32,305 bases of DNA, from the IMG/VR virus record IMGVR_UViG_3300046751_000070, positions 1 through 32,305 of that record; one strand, given 5' to 3'. Positions within the stretch are counted from its first letter, which is position 1. Each line of letters opens with the position of its first letter. The translations under genes and the position numbers were made by a program. Source of the stretch: a virus (lineage: Duplodnaviria; Caudoviricetes). Shown here one piece after another: positions 7,452 to 17,039 of the stretch. The notes under the pieces were generated by a model. That model had not been told where the DNA came from, searched no databases, and worked only from the letters and a program-made list of their open reading frames with translations.

Positions 7452-9938
7452 CTATTTGCGGAGTATGGGACGTTTAGATTTACTCACGCCACCAATGTTT
7501 GCCGCAATACGGTCACCCATGTTTCCAAGGTTGATCGAAATGTCTGTCTGCCATTTCTTACCGGCAGCTTTCAGTTCTTCTTGCCGAGCAAAGCCAATCA
7601 TGGACGCTTGTTCAGTCAGTGTGGCTGACGATAGTGCTTTAATAGCGTCAACTTCTCGTCCTGACTTCAATGCTTCATAGAATGTTGTGCGTTTACTTCC
7701 CTCGTTAAAGTCATAAGTGTCCGTAATGACGGTTTCACCCGCATCGTTTATCTTAAAGTTAAATACACCAAGACCTCTGGCAATTCTTGTTTCGGGATCA
7801 AATAGCCCTTTCAATAAGGGTTCTTTAAGGATCGTTTCGTTTGTTGTCCCTAAGTCCTCGTATTTGATGTAAGAACGTCCGTCCGCTCTGGCTATCCGTA
7901 TAGCTTCACGCATGGCATCCAACCCACCTTCGTTGAAATCGGCAGACGTTAACTTGCCCCCAGGACGCGCAGCGTTGCCTAAGAAGTTCACGAACTCAGA
8001 TGTCCCAAAGGACTGTACGGCTTTCGTTACGCTTTCAATTGTGTCCAATGCGTAGTCCGCTGCAACTCCCGCCGCTTCACCAGCAACGTCAAGTGCTTCA
8101 CCAACAAACGATCCAATCACTGCACCGGCACGATTGAAGACCGTACCGTCTTCGATATAGGCGTCCATAAGTGTTCCTTCAGAATCGTAGACTTCACCGC
8201 TAGTACTGATGGTGACCTCAAAGTCTTCTTCAGCGGTGTCAGTAATGGTGCCGAATGTGTAGTTCGATTTGTCTAAGACTTTACGGTTACGCTCAAGGAC
8301 CGATTGTACCGTCGATAGACGATCCTCTGTGTCTGCTTGTGTTGCCGCTGCGCGTGACGCTCTTTCAGCTTTCTTAAATGCACTAACGGTAGTCATGTTG
8401 GTATCGTCTAGGAATGCTTCTTCACTAACCGGCTCCATCGTTGGCACGGCGTTCTTTGGATCGTCGCGACCTTCAGTGTATAAGAAGGTCGATAGATTGC
8501 CATCTGTGCCAATCACGATCTCATCGCCCTCGACCAGTTCACCGGCGTCTCTTGCGGCGATATAATCACGGGTGTTGTCGAAGAACATCGCGCTCTCCAT
8601 ATCGACGTCAAGTTCTGCCAGCTTGTCATTCATTGATCCGCTGATCTGCTTGAGAGCGTCGTTCATTTCTGTAGACATCCCAGCGTTCTCAATCGCCGCT
8701 CCGAGTTCTTCCGCAAGTGAAGTAACTTCAGGTCCAACAGGTGGTGGTCCTAATCGTGAGACAGTGATTTCACCGTCTTGGTCAGGTACGACAACAGGCA
8801 CGATGTTGTTGTCTATCGCAGTGTCCACCGGTGTTGGCTTTTCGACGCCCAGCGCGATCTCTAGCTCACTCACAAGTGCTTCCGTTCCGACACTGTCGGG
8901 CCGCAATTGTGGGCGTAACGATCTGGCGACACCACCAGCCGACGCGGGTACGGGCATATCGTCAGGTCTCAATCGTGGTTTTAGTGAACTCTGCAAGCCA
9001 CTATCTGGCTTTGCCGTTGGTCTCAGCCGTGGGCGTAATGATCGCTTGAGACCACCACCTTGGACCTTTGCGCCCTGATTGGGTCTCAATTGTGGTTTCA
9101 ACGAGGTCTCTGGAGCAGTGACTTTACGTGGCACAGGCATCCCAAACATCGCTGCGTAATTACTTTCAGACTCCCCACTGATTATCTCGTCTGACCGATA
9201 CTGGGCAAAATGCATCGCTTCTTGCTTTCGACGCAACGCCAACGATTTGTTTTTCGATCCGTTGGACTTGTCGCGTATCTCAGTGATTGCCTTTTTGACG
9301 TCGCCGTTCTTTATGTGTTTCACTAAGTTCGGACCCAGTAGCGCAGGGTTGTGCATCACTAGTGACGTTAAGGTCATACGCTGGGGTCCGCGCAGTGGTG
9401 CACCATCTGTCAACTCAGAGATCAGCTTGTCTGCTTGGGCGACTTGGGCCTCATATAGTGCACGGCTGTCACGGCTGCTAATACCTTCAGTGCCGTCCAT
9501 CAACGCTTGCATCTGCTTGGGGGTCTTTCCGAGTACACCCGCCGCCAGCGCATAGTTCTCTGGATTGTCCAGATTGAACTCGTAGCCAATTACATTACGA
9601 CCAATCGCGTCTTTTTGTACGTTTTGACTGAACACGCGGTGGCCCGTGATGAAATCAAAACGATCACGATTGTAGTCACCAGCTTCCATGTCGAATGCTG
9701 ATGGTCCAATCTTTGAGTACACCTCGTTGTCCAGCATCTCAACGTATTCGCGATGTGGTAGGTCCAGCATCGTGTCCTCGACCGTCACACCAATCGTCGG
9801 GCTGACGAACCCCCCGTCGCGATATGCACCACGATGCAATTCGTTAAGCAGACTGTTGTATTTAGCTTCGTCTCCGACGTCGTTAAGTGTGCTGTAATCA
9901 ATAGGATTTTCGATGAGATAGTTGCTAATGGTGTCCAT
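7452..9938 (-). CDS. Internal virion protein with degenerate GH24 lysozyme domain, SLxPxLRP repeats and a C-terminal DxYDFN domain
   Basis: KDAIGRNVIGYEFNLD...LALRRKQEAMHF resembles GH24; lies between gp15-like and gp16-like genes. Confidence 0.75.
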   Translation of the reverse strand: MDTISNYLIENPIDYSTLNDVGDEAKYNSLLNELHRGAYRDGGFVSPTIGVTVEDTMLDLPHREYVEMLDNEVYSKIGPSAFDMEAGDYNRDRFDFITGHRVFSQNVQKDAIGRNVIGYEFNLDNPENYALAAGVLGKTPKQMQALMDGTEGISSRDSRALYEAQVAQADKLISELTDGAPLRGPQRMTLTSLVMHNPALLGPNLVKHIKNGDVKKAITEIRDKSNGSKNKSLALRRKQEAMHFAQYRSDEIISGESESNYAAMFGMPVPRKVTAPETSLKPQLRPNQGAKVQGGGLKRSLRPRLRPTAKPDSGLQSSLKPRLRPDDMPVPASAGGVARSLRPQLRPDSVGTEALVSELEIALGVEKPTPVDTAIDNNIVPVVVPDQDGEITVSRLGPPPVGPEVTSLAEELGAAIENAGMSTEMNDALKQISGSMNDKLAELDVDMESAMFFDNTRDYIAARDAGELVEGDEIVIGTDGNLSTFLYTEGRDDPKNAVPTMEPVSEEAFLDDTNMTTVSAFKKAERASRAAATQADTEDRLSTVQSVLERNRKVLDKSNYTFGTITDTAEEDFEVTISTSGEVYDSEGTLMDAYIEDGTVFNRAGAVIGSFVGEALDVAGEAAGVAADYALDTIESVTKAVQSFGTSEFVNFLGNAARPGGKLTSADFNEGGLDAMREAIRIARADGRSYIKYEDLGTTNETILKEPLLKGLFDPETRIARGLGVFNFKINDAGETVITDTYDFNEGSKRTTFYEALKSGREVDAIKALSSATLTEQASMIGFARQEELKAAGKKWQTDISINLGNMGDRIAANIGGVSKSKRPILRK
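8898..9104 (-). repeat. Four SL(K/R)P(Q/R)LRP peptide repeats
   Basis: Copies at 9081-9104, 9018-9041, 8964-8987 and 8898-8921. Confidence 0.95.
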
Positions 9939-9947
9939 TTGAATTTC

Positions 9948-12461
9948 CTATTTAACTAAGTAGAACGGCTTGGGACCACCACTGCCATAGCGGGTGGGTT
10001 GATACTCACGCGGCGTAAGAGCGAGACGCTCAATGTCTGCCTGAGTCAATTTAGGTGTTCCAATAAATCTCGGCATGACAATCAATTCGTACTCACCAAT
10101 CGCCCCATCCCCACCGTATCCAGTATAGATTGGCTCTAAACGAATTCCTGGTCCAAAGATTGCCACGGCGGCTGCACGATCTAGTGCCAGATCACCTGTG
10201 AAAGTCTGGCTGTATTCCCAATTCGCTGAGTTAGACAAAAAGCCACGCTCTTTACCGGACGGGTGATACCGGCTGTCTACTTGTATCGCTTGACCGACTT
10301 GAAGTGATACGGGCATTCCGTTTTCGTTAACAACGATCTGTGAGTTATCTCCGAGTCGAGGTATAGGTTTCGCTGTAAGTGTACCTTCAGTGAAGATCGA
10401 AAACGCACCATTTTCAATGTTCGATATGTCATTCTCCAAGGTCGCAACGGTGTCTTCGACTTCTCCGGTAGCCGTGTTGAGAACCGCTTTGCCCAGCACG
10501 ATACCACCAGCCGTGTTGGTTGCTTGCCGTCCAGACTTGACGATGCCATTTTGAACCCACATTTGATTTGACACAGCGTTGAATGCCGCTTGTTGGACAT
10601 CCTCAGTGCTGTAGTCACGATCTTGCGACATCTGATAGGCCACGTACACTTTACCAGCCGCCCTCAGTTTACGTTGAGTCTCAATGTCAATCCCACTGAT
10701 TGATGACCATAAACCTGTAAATCGCCACTCATTTAAAAGCTGACGCTGTATCATCGCGCCCATTGCGTCTTCGTTAAACAGTTCAGTGACAGTTTGCTCA
10801 CGTTCACGTTCATTAGCGGCATCAGGCACTAGGATTTCACCCATGCCTTTGCCGTCTAGTTGCTGCATTGCTTCAATAAAACCTGGATTAAAAGTCTTGG
10901 CAGCGGCAGCTTGTGGGGATGCACCATTCCGCATTTCGATAAACGCCGCCTCTGCGCCGAGTTTTGCAGCAAAGTCGTTCTTTGGTAACAATGAGGCTAG
11001 ACTTGCGCCGGTCGGATCGGCAATCATCAAGGCTTCCAATGCGTATGATTGCTGTGCTGGATCGCCCGACGTCAGGTGTGACGCAAACTTCTGTTGTACA
11101 TTCTTAGGGAAATTACCCGCACCGAAAGTCTGAACGTGATTTTTCAAGAATGCCCCAGCTTTTACTGACGCGCCATCGACACCCATTGGTGCATTCCGAT
11201 TAAGCCAATCGAGGGATGCGGATTTGTTTTCGGATGGATCATAGGATGGTGCGGGTGGCAATCCATTAGCCACGTTGTTCATTGCGACCTGATTGAAATG
11301 GTATTCAGCAAGCTTTGAGCGTTCTGTGTTGATGTCTTTTTTGAACGCAGCGATCTGCGTCATGGAAATCCCTGGAGTATTCTGCATCTTTGCGACTACG
11401 GCAGACCCTCTGTTTCCAATCAGGGCTAGCTTTGCGTACTCGTCCTGAGTGTTCGAAAGTTGCGTATTGAAATCTGAAGACATCTGAGAGAACGCTTGCT
11501 GTCCCGCCATTGTCGTGTTTCGTTGCACAGCGTCCATCAACGAGGTCTCTGCTTTCGCACTCATGATGGGAAACTTCTGAGCGATTGACGGCATCTGAGG
11601 CGCAGACGGGTCCATTGGGTCTTGCGCTTGGTAGTTCATATGAGCAATGAATTTAGCGATCCCGTTCTGGGACATACGTCCGGTCATCGCAGCGTTCACC
11701 ATGATCCCCAAGTTTCTTGCTTGGAGTTGACCGGTCGTTTCGCCAGCCCGTGATGTACCGCCTTTAAGGATCGAATTGAACGCCGCTGCCGTGATCTCAG
11801 GCTGTGCCATCTTGTTGTAGATCGACCGGCGATACTCTAGATCAGACGCGGCCTTTTGAAGTCGAACAGTTTCTTGAGCGGCGGTAACCCGTGCGGACTC
11901 GTAATTGCTGGCCCATGCGGTTTGCATCGCCATGTTAACTGTTGGGTCATCCGTGCCATCTTGGTAATTGTCTCGCCAGTAAGCTGACGCATTTGCTTCG
12001 AAAGTGCTAGGTGCACGTTGCGCTTGCGCGAGGGCAAAATCGGAATACATCCGTGACCCAATGTTTGCACCAAGTGAAGACTTAAAGGTGTCAACGAAAT
12101 GTTTATTCCCCTGTTGTTCGGGACTTGTAGTGCTTAACGCTGCGCCTACGTCGCGAGACTTTGGGTTCTCCATGTAATAATCAGTCGCGGAGACAGTCGC
12201 TTGTTTCTTCATGTCCACAGCGTATTCTTGCGCTTCGATCTTTTGGTTCTGAAAGTGCGCGTCTTGGAAAGTACCAATAGTTTGCGAAACGGAGCCAAAG
12301 AACTGATTAAAGGCATTCGTAAGGTCACCACGAAACGGGTCTAGCCCAGCACCTTCGCTCTGTATCTGGGGAACTTCTTGAGCAAACGATTGCGTTTTGA
12401 CACCAGCGAGACCACCAGTGGCTCCACGATAGTTGGTCTGTGACCGAGCCATTCTAGCCAT
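9948..12461 (-). CDS. Internal virion/ejection protein (gp15-like), 837 aa
   Basis: Position after the gp14-like gene, size and helical Ala/Gln-rich composition; assignment by synteny. Confidence 0.75.
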   Translation of the reverse strand: MARMARSQTNYRGATGGLAGVKTQSFAQEVPQIQSEGAGLDPFRGDLTNAFNQFFGSVSQTIGTFQDAHFQNQKIEAQEYAVDMKKQATVSATDYYMENPKSRDVGAALSTTSPEQQGNKHFVDTFKSSLGANIGSRMYSDFALAQAQRAPSTFEANASAYWRDNYQDGTDDPTVNMAMQTAWASNYESARVTAAQETVRLQKAASDLEYRRSIYNKMAQPEITAAAFNSILKGGTSRAGETTGQLQARNLGIMVNAAMTGRMSQNGIAKFIAHMNYQAQDPMDPSAPQMPSIAQKFPIMSAKAETSLMDAVQRNTTMAGQQAFSQMSSDFNTQLSNTQDEYAKLALIGNRGSAVVAKMQNTPGISMTQIAAFKKDINTERSKLAEYHFNQVAMNNVANGLPPAPSYDPSENKSASLDWLNRNAPMGVDGASVKAGAFLKNHVQTFGAGNFPKNVQQKFASHLTSGDPAQQSYALEALMIADPTGASLASLLPKNDFAAKLGAEAAFIEMRNGASPQAAAAKTFNPGFIEAMQQLDGKGMGEILVPDAANEREREQTVTELFNEDAMGAMIQRQLLNEWRFTGLWSSISGIDIETQRKLRAAGKVYVAYQMSQDRDYSTEDVQQAAFNAVSNQMWVQNGIVKSGRQATNTAGGIVLGKAVLNTATGEVEDTVATLENDISNIENGAFSIFTEGTLTAKPIPRLGDNSQIVVNENGMPVSLQVGQAIQVDSRYHPSGKERGFLSNSANWEYSQTFTGDLALDRAAAVAIFGPGIRLEPIYTGYGGDGAIGEYELIVMPRFIGTPKLTQADIERLALTPREYQPTRYGSGGPKPFYLVK

Positions 12462-12462
12462 T

Positions 12463-13044
12463 TTATGCCCCTATTCCCTTGATCGCGTTTAGCTGTTGTT
12501 GTTGTCCGTAAGCATTTGCACCAATCGACAACATCGTTGATGTCTTCTGGAGTTTCGCCGTGGTTTTACGTGCAGAAACTTCAGCCAGCGTGTTGGTTGT
12601 CTGATTTTGAGCCAGTGTCGTGCGGCTAATGTAGTTCTGCTTGGCAGCACCTTTTTGACTTTCGAGCGCCAACAGTGCGTTCTGTGAGGTCTTGTCGAGC
12701 CTCGTATAGTTCAACGCATTTCCATACGCTTCTTCAAACAGGATCGTACCAAGACTTGCGTCGGACAAAGCTGTTTCAGTTGCCCTCATTGTGCCTAGCG
12801 ACTCGTTTGCTGCGCGAAGGGCGTCTGACTTTTCGTCAAAATCGCGTGACTGTTCGTCAGCCATTTGCCTGTTGGTTTCTTGATACTCGGCTTTGGTTTG
12901 CGCTTGGGCCGCTGCGTACTCTTGCTGTAACTGCGCGTTGGCTCTTTCAGCCGCTTGGTTAGCTTGGGCAATAGCAGCACGTTCAGCCGCCTGTGCGTTC
13001 ATCATCTGCAAGCCCATCAGACCGGCTGTTATTGGATCACACAT
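12463..13044 (-). CDS. Internal virion protein (gp14-like), 193 aa; start revised to MCDPIT
   Basis: MCDP N-terminus typical of gp14-like proteins, Gln/Ala-rich helical body; ATG at 13044 follows the gp12 stop. Confidence 0.85.
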   Translation of the reverse strand: MCDPITAGLMGLQMMNAQAAERAAIAQANQAAERANAQLQQEYAAAQAQTKAEYQETNRQMADEQSRDFDEKSDALRAANESLGTMRATETALSDASLGTILFEEAYGNALNYTRLDKTSQNALLALESQKGAAKQNYISRTTLAQNQTTNTLAEVSARKTTAKLQKTSTMLSIGANAYGQQQQLNAIKGIGA

Positions 13045-13049
13045 GATGT

Positions 13050-15368
13050 CTACCCCGCTCTCGTTATTTCGTTGAACAATCCGGTGTAATCTATCGACGT
13101 AATGTTCATGGGTTTCTCTGTGTCGTTCAGTATTTGGATTTCCACAGTGTCTGATCGTGACATCACAGGACACTTAAATGACCCCAAGGGGGCAATCGCA
13201 GGGACACCAATCAGGTTGGCTCCAGACCCGACGATCCGTCCCGTGAACTGAAAGGTCTTAGCGTCTCGAAAGTCAGCGGTGACTTGCACCTTAAAGTGAC
13301 CCGTGTCCTTGAAGTTGAACTTCATGTTTTTCAACTGGAACCGTCCGGTCGTGATGGTCGTTTGCTGACTTGATGGATCACGCGGGTACAGCTTCGAGAG
13401 GATCACGCGAGAGGTGAACGTGGTCCCAACGATAGCTGCACCGCCGCTAAAGTCTCCAACCGCTGTGATCGTTGTGCTAGTCGGGTGCGAGACATTTAGA
13501 ACTTCACCAACGAGGCCGGTTGTAAAGTCGGTAGACAACACGACCGTCGCGGCGTTTTGATGTGGATACGGTGTGGTCCAAGTAGTCAGGCCCGTACCGG
13601 CGGCATAGGTTCCCGTCAGTGATACCTGACGATCCATGCTGATCTGATAGGGATGCTTTTCGTTTGACAACTCGTAGCGCAAGAAGATTTTCTCAAAGAC
13701 GGTCGTGCCGTTGCGCGTGAGGACCATGAACAGTTCACCGTTGATGATCTCCATGTACTTAATGACCGAGCCGGTTCCAAAGGTCCATTTTGTCCAAGCT
13801 GATTGGGCCTTGGTGTTTCCGTCCATGTACATCTTGTAGCAGTAGAGTGCGTTTGGTTCTGACTCACTGAGGACAAATATGAGATCATTAGTCGGATCGC
13901 CGGTCATACGCACGATGGGCGCAGGGACATACGAAAGGGCGTGAAGCGTAATGTCTTGAGCGACGTTTGACACCGACGTGTCATCGTATTGATACTCAAA
14001 GACAATCGCATCGCGTCCAGACTGAGCCGCAAAGTACAGCGTGTTACCAAGCGTAATCGGGCGGCACTTTGGTTCGGTCAAATAGGTCGTTGCGCGATCC
14101 ACACTGGCAGTCGATGGGGCCAGCTTCTCGGACCCGCTGACTTCGAACTGCGCCTTGTCACTGGTCAGAAAGAGTGACTTACGGAACGCCGTAGCGTGGA
14201 CCAAATTGTTCACCGTGTCTGATGAAACAGTTAGTCCAAACCCATCGCTGTCTAATGATTGTGTCGAAAAGTCAGGCCAAAATGTAAAGTACTTACCGGA
14301 CTGCGAAAAGAACACCGTCTCGCCAGACACAAAGCCCAAGCGGTTGCGGTGGTAAAACAATGCGGTAACCTTCGATCCCACAAAGTCTGGATCAGGAACC
14401 GTTTCGATATCCCCTGCGATCCGACTAGCGTAGGTTCCCTGTTTGAACGTAAAGGTTCCATTAGCGTTTCGAATGAGAAAGTGCGGCATGGTCGTGGCGT
14501 CAAAGGCATTGTCAGCATAAGGGTCGGCACTTTCGACCCAACCGCCTTCGTCGGGATCAAACTTGGCCCAATAGCCAAACTGTTCGCCGTCCACGTTTGC
14601 ACCGACGCGAATGTTGTATCCGGTGGGTGCGGTCAGCGGTAAGTATTCCCGTTTCGACACGACCTCAGTCATGCTCCACGGTCCATATGTCGCGTCTGAT
14701 CCAGCGTGTGCGATGGTAAACGCGGCGTTCCCTTGGATTACAATGGTCTGGTCGAGTACCGTGTGGGTAAACCCAGAGGGCAGCGAGATGTTCGAATTGA
14801 TATTCGATTGGACCTCAGTGCCACTAATAGAGTTCCCAGAGTAAGACCAAATGGTACTGGTTGATCCACCCGTCGTTATGCTGATTGAATAACTAGTCGC
14901 ATTGTTCGTGGTCCGACAGTTGATCAACGCTTTGTACGGATCGGTGTAGGTGCTGGCAGTCATCGCCACGGTTTTCTGCGCGTTGGCGATCACAGTGTAA
15001 TCTGCCAGTGTCACGAAAGACACATCGTCTCGTTCCGCACCCGTAATGTAGGCCACACCGTTTGGCGTGGTGACGGTCTTTTCGACACCATCAAGATCAA
15101 ACACTTTGATCGTATTGTTATTTACGACAATCATGTATTGTTCGGCTGTGTCACGCGCGTATGCATAGATCGCCGGTTTGTGACTAGCTGAGATACTCGA
15201 CATGTTCGAAATGTGTCGGCTCGACGGACGGCTTTCGACACCACCGTTGACCACTGAGACCAATACGTTTTCTGCTTCTTGTACTTGTCCTGGGAGCCTG
15301 ACGGGATCGGGTTGTCGGCTGACACCTTGGTACAGCGTTTTGATCGCTTGTTGGACTAGTTTACCCAT
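13050..15368 (-). CDS. Tail tubular protein B / nozzle (gp12-like)
   Basis: LYQGVSRQPD N-terminus, TMPH.L.R, PDFVG, HRNRLGF, QSAWTKW, GRFQLK motifs. Confidence 0.95.
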   Translation of the reverse strand: MGKLVQQAIKTLYQGVSRQPDPVRLPGQVQEAENVLVSVVNGGVESRPSSRHISNMSSISASHKPAIYAYARDTAEQYMIVVNNNTIKVFDLDGVEKTVTTPNGVAYITGAERDDVSFVTLADYTVIANAQKTVAMTASTYTDPYKALINCRTTNNATSYSISITTGGSTSTIWSYSGNSISGTEVQSNINSNISLPSGFTHTVLDQTIVIQGNAAFTIAHAGSDATYGPWSMTEVVSKREYLPLTAPTGYNIRVGANVDGEQFGYWAKFDPDEGGWVESADPYADNAFDATTMPHFLIRNANGTFTFKQGTYASRIAGDIETVPDPDFVGSKVTALFYHRNRLGFVSGETVFFSQSGKYFTFWPDFSTQSLDSDGFGLTVSSDTVNNLVHATAFRKSLFLTSDKAQFEVSGSEKLAPSTASVDRATTYLTEPKCRPITLGNTLYFAAQSGRDAIVFEYQYDDTSVSNVAQDITLHALSYVPAPIVRMTGDPTNDLIFVLSESEPNALYCYKMYMDGNTKAQSAWTKWTFGTGSVIKYMEIINGELFMVLTRNGTTVFEKIFLRYELSNEKHPYQISMDRQVSLTGTYAAGTGLTTWTTPYPHQNAATVVLSTDFTTGLVGEVLNVSHPTSTTITAVGDFSGGAAIVGTTFTSRVILSKLYPRDPSSQQTTITTGRFQLKNMKFNFKDTGHFKVQVTADFRDAKTFQFTGRIVGSGANLIGVPAIAPLGSFKCPVMSRSDTVEIQILNDTEKPMNITSIDYTGLFNEITRAG

Positions 15369-15370
15369 TG

Positions 15371-15967
15371 TTATCTCCCCGATATCGGTGAGTTGCGGTA
15401 AGTCGCGTAAGACATGTACGCACTGCTAGTCAGAATGTTGTTGTCTTCATTTTCGGCTTCCATGTCCATCAGAGCCGCATAGCCTTCTTGCTCTTGTCGA
15501 GCCGCAAAGCTGTCGAGCAACGTGCTGCCCATCGCGGACTCTTGGAACTTACGGGCCGCACGGAATGCGATGTAGTTCTGTAACTCAAAGTTTAGCGCAT
15601 CGAAATCTAGCGAGATCAATACGTCTACTTTGAGATCACGGTCGAAGGTGTAGACGTACTTGCCGATATCAAACAGTTTGCGTTTACCGTCTTGTTTGCG
15701 GACCGTCACGTTGACGTCCTTATCGTCGCCAACTGTGTCTACTCGAAGGTACTGGTCTGGCACCATTATTTCGTTGTCACTGTTTCGACTAAGCGTGATG
15801 CCTAGTTCTGAGTTTTGTTGCCAACCTTTTGCAAGAACCTCTTTGACCGTCTGGTCCAGTTTGAGTTCGGCGGCTTCAGCGTCGGGCAGACCACTAGCCA
15901 AACTAGACACCGGTGTTTCACCAATGACATTCAGAATGATGTTGACTGCTTCAATCTTTGTCAGCAT
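15371..15967 (-). CDS. Tail tubular protein A / adaptor (gp11-like)
   Basis: EAVNIIL.VIGE.PV.SL, V.AKGW..N, YI..RAARKF motifs; GGAGA RBS. Confidence 0.95.
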   Translation of the reverse strand: MLTKIEAVNIILNVIGETPVSSLASGLPDAEAAELKLDQTVKEVLAKGWQQNSELGITLSRNSDNEIMVPDQYLRVDTVGDDKDVNVTVRKQDGKRKLFDIGKYVYTFDRDLKVDVLISLDFDALNFELQNYIAFRAARKFQESAMGSTLLDSFAARQEQEGYAALMDMEAENEDNNILTSSAYMSYATYRNSPISGR

Positions 15968-15984
15968 TGGGTTTCTCCAAATTC

Positions 15985-16027
15985 AAAAAAAAAGGGACAC
16001 CCACAGTTTTACCCGTGGATGCCCCTT
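15985..16027 (-). terminator. Intrinsic terminator after the capsid gene (T-phi position)
   Basis: AGGGGCATCCACGG-GTAAAA-CTGTGGGTGTCCCT stem with G:U pairs, then a run of 8-9 T. Confidence 0.9.
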
Positions 16028-16034
16028 AGATCGT

Positions 16035-17039
16035 TTAGGCTTTCTTAAATTCGATAGCCATTTCTGGACGCATAGTACCGTGACCAACGAACATTTTGCT
16101 TACGACAAAATCTTCAAGACGTCTAACGTCGCGCTCAGTTTCCATGCTGATGTCGAGCAACTTGACGGTCGCCACAGCTTGTGGACACCACATGACACCA
16201 ACGGTGTTTGTGTAGTTCGCCCGATACTTGCTGTAGACGGTAGCTGTTGACGTCTCGTTGGTAGTTGGCATGTTCCGCGATTTGCAGATTGTCACACCGT
16301 CGATTACCATCGTGTCAGCACGTCCAGCAACACCACCGGTATTCGGCTGACCCGCAAAGTCGCGGTTCAATACGAGATACTGATTGGAAGCGTCTTGAGC
16401 GTACTTGATCGCGTCAAAGACCTCAGTGGTCACAGCGAGATATCTCGGCATGTCCTCTGGTACGTCTTTGTTGAACAAGCGGATGTTTGCGTCGCGGATA
16501 GCTTCGATCCACTCCTTACCGTTGTACACGCCGCTGCCGTTTGGTGCGAGACCAGTGTCAGTAATTGACTCACCACCAGGAAATGGTGACGCAGCCGCTT
16601 GACGGGCGGCGAGAATCAATTGACGGAACACGTTCTGGTCAAACACTTTAGCAAGCGCACGTCCCATCTCGGCTGAGATGATAGAACGCATGTCGAAGTG
16701 TGACAGGATACGGTCGAGGTCTGCAATCGCGTAGTGAGACACAAGGATGTCATCTACGTTGATTGTCAGTTCGCTTGTGCTGAAATCATTGCCGAGCATT
16801 TCCTGCCCAGGAGTATGATATTCACTGGTTGCTTTCCAAGTTTTCGGAAAGCGATACGACTTCGCGCCACCATTGAGTGATTTCACGGTGTGCTTGTCGA
16901 GGGTCACAGTCGCGTTATCGAAAGCGGTAAGAACTTCACCACCAAAGATATCAAGATATAAGCTACGGTTGTCTAGTGATCCACCAGACGTCGCGCCTTT
17001 ACCAAAGCGTACTGGACTACTGTTATCGCCAAAGGCCAT
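16035..17039 (-). CDS. Major capsid protein (gp10-like), 334 aa; start revised to MAFGD
   Basis: LYLDIFGGEVLTAF, GAKSYRFP, YHTPG, EMGRALA..FD, GHGTMRPE; GGAGA RBS before ATG 17039. Confidence 0.97.
   Translation of the reverse strand: MAFGDNSSPVRFGKGATSGGSLDNRSLYLDIFGGEVLTAFDNATVTLDKHTVKSLNGGAKSYRFPKTWKATSEYHTPGQEMLGNDFSTSELTINVDDILVSHYAIADLDRILSHFDMRSIISAEMGRALAKVFDQNVFRQLILAARQAAASPFPGGESITDTGLAPNGSGVYNGKEWIEAIRDANIRLFNKDVPEDMPRYLAVTTEVFDAIKYAQDASNQYLVLNRDFAGQPNTGGVAGRADTMVIDGVTICKSRNMPTTNETSTATVYSKYRANYTNTVGVMWCPQAVATVKLLDISMETERDVRRLEDFVVSKMFVGHGTMRPEMAIEFKKA

Noticed and set aside
16030-16060. T7 gp10B-type programmed frameshift at the capsid end
   Set aside because: No XXXYYYZ slippery heptamer seen, and a terminator follows immediately
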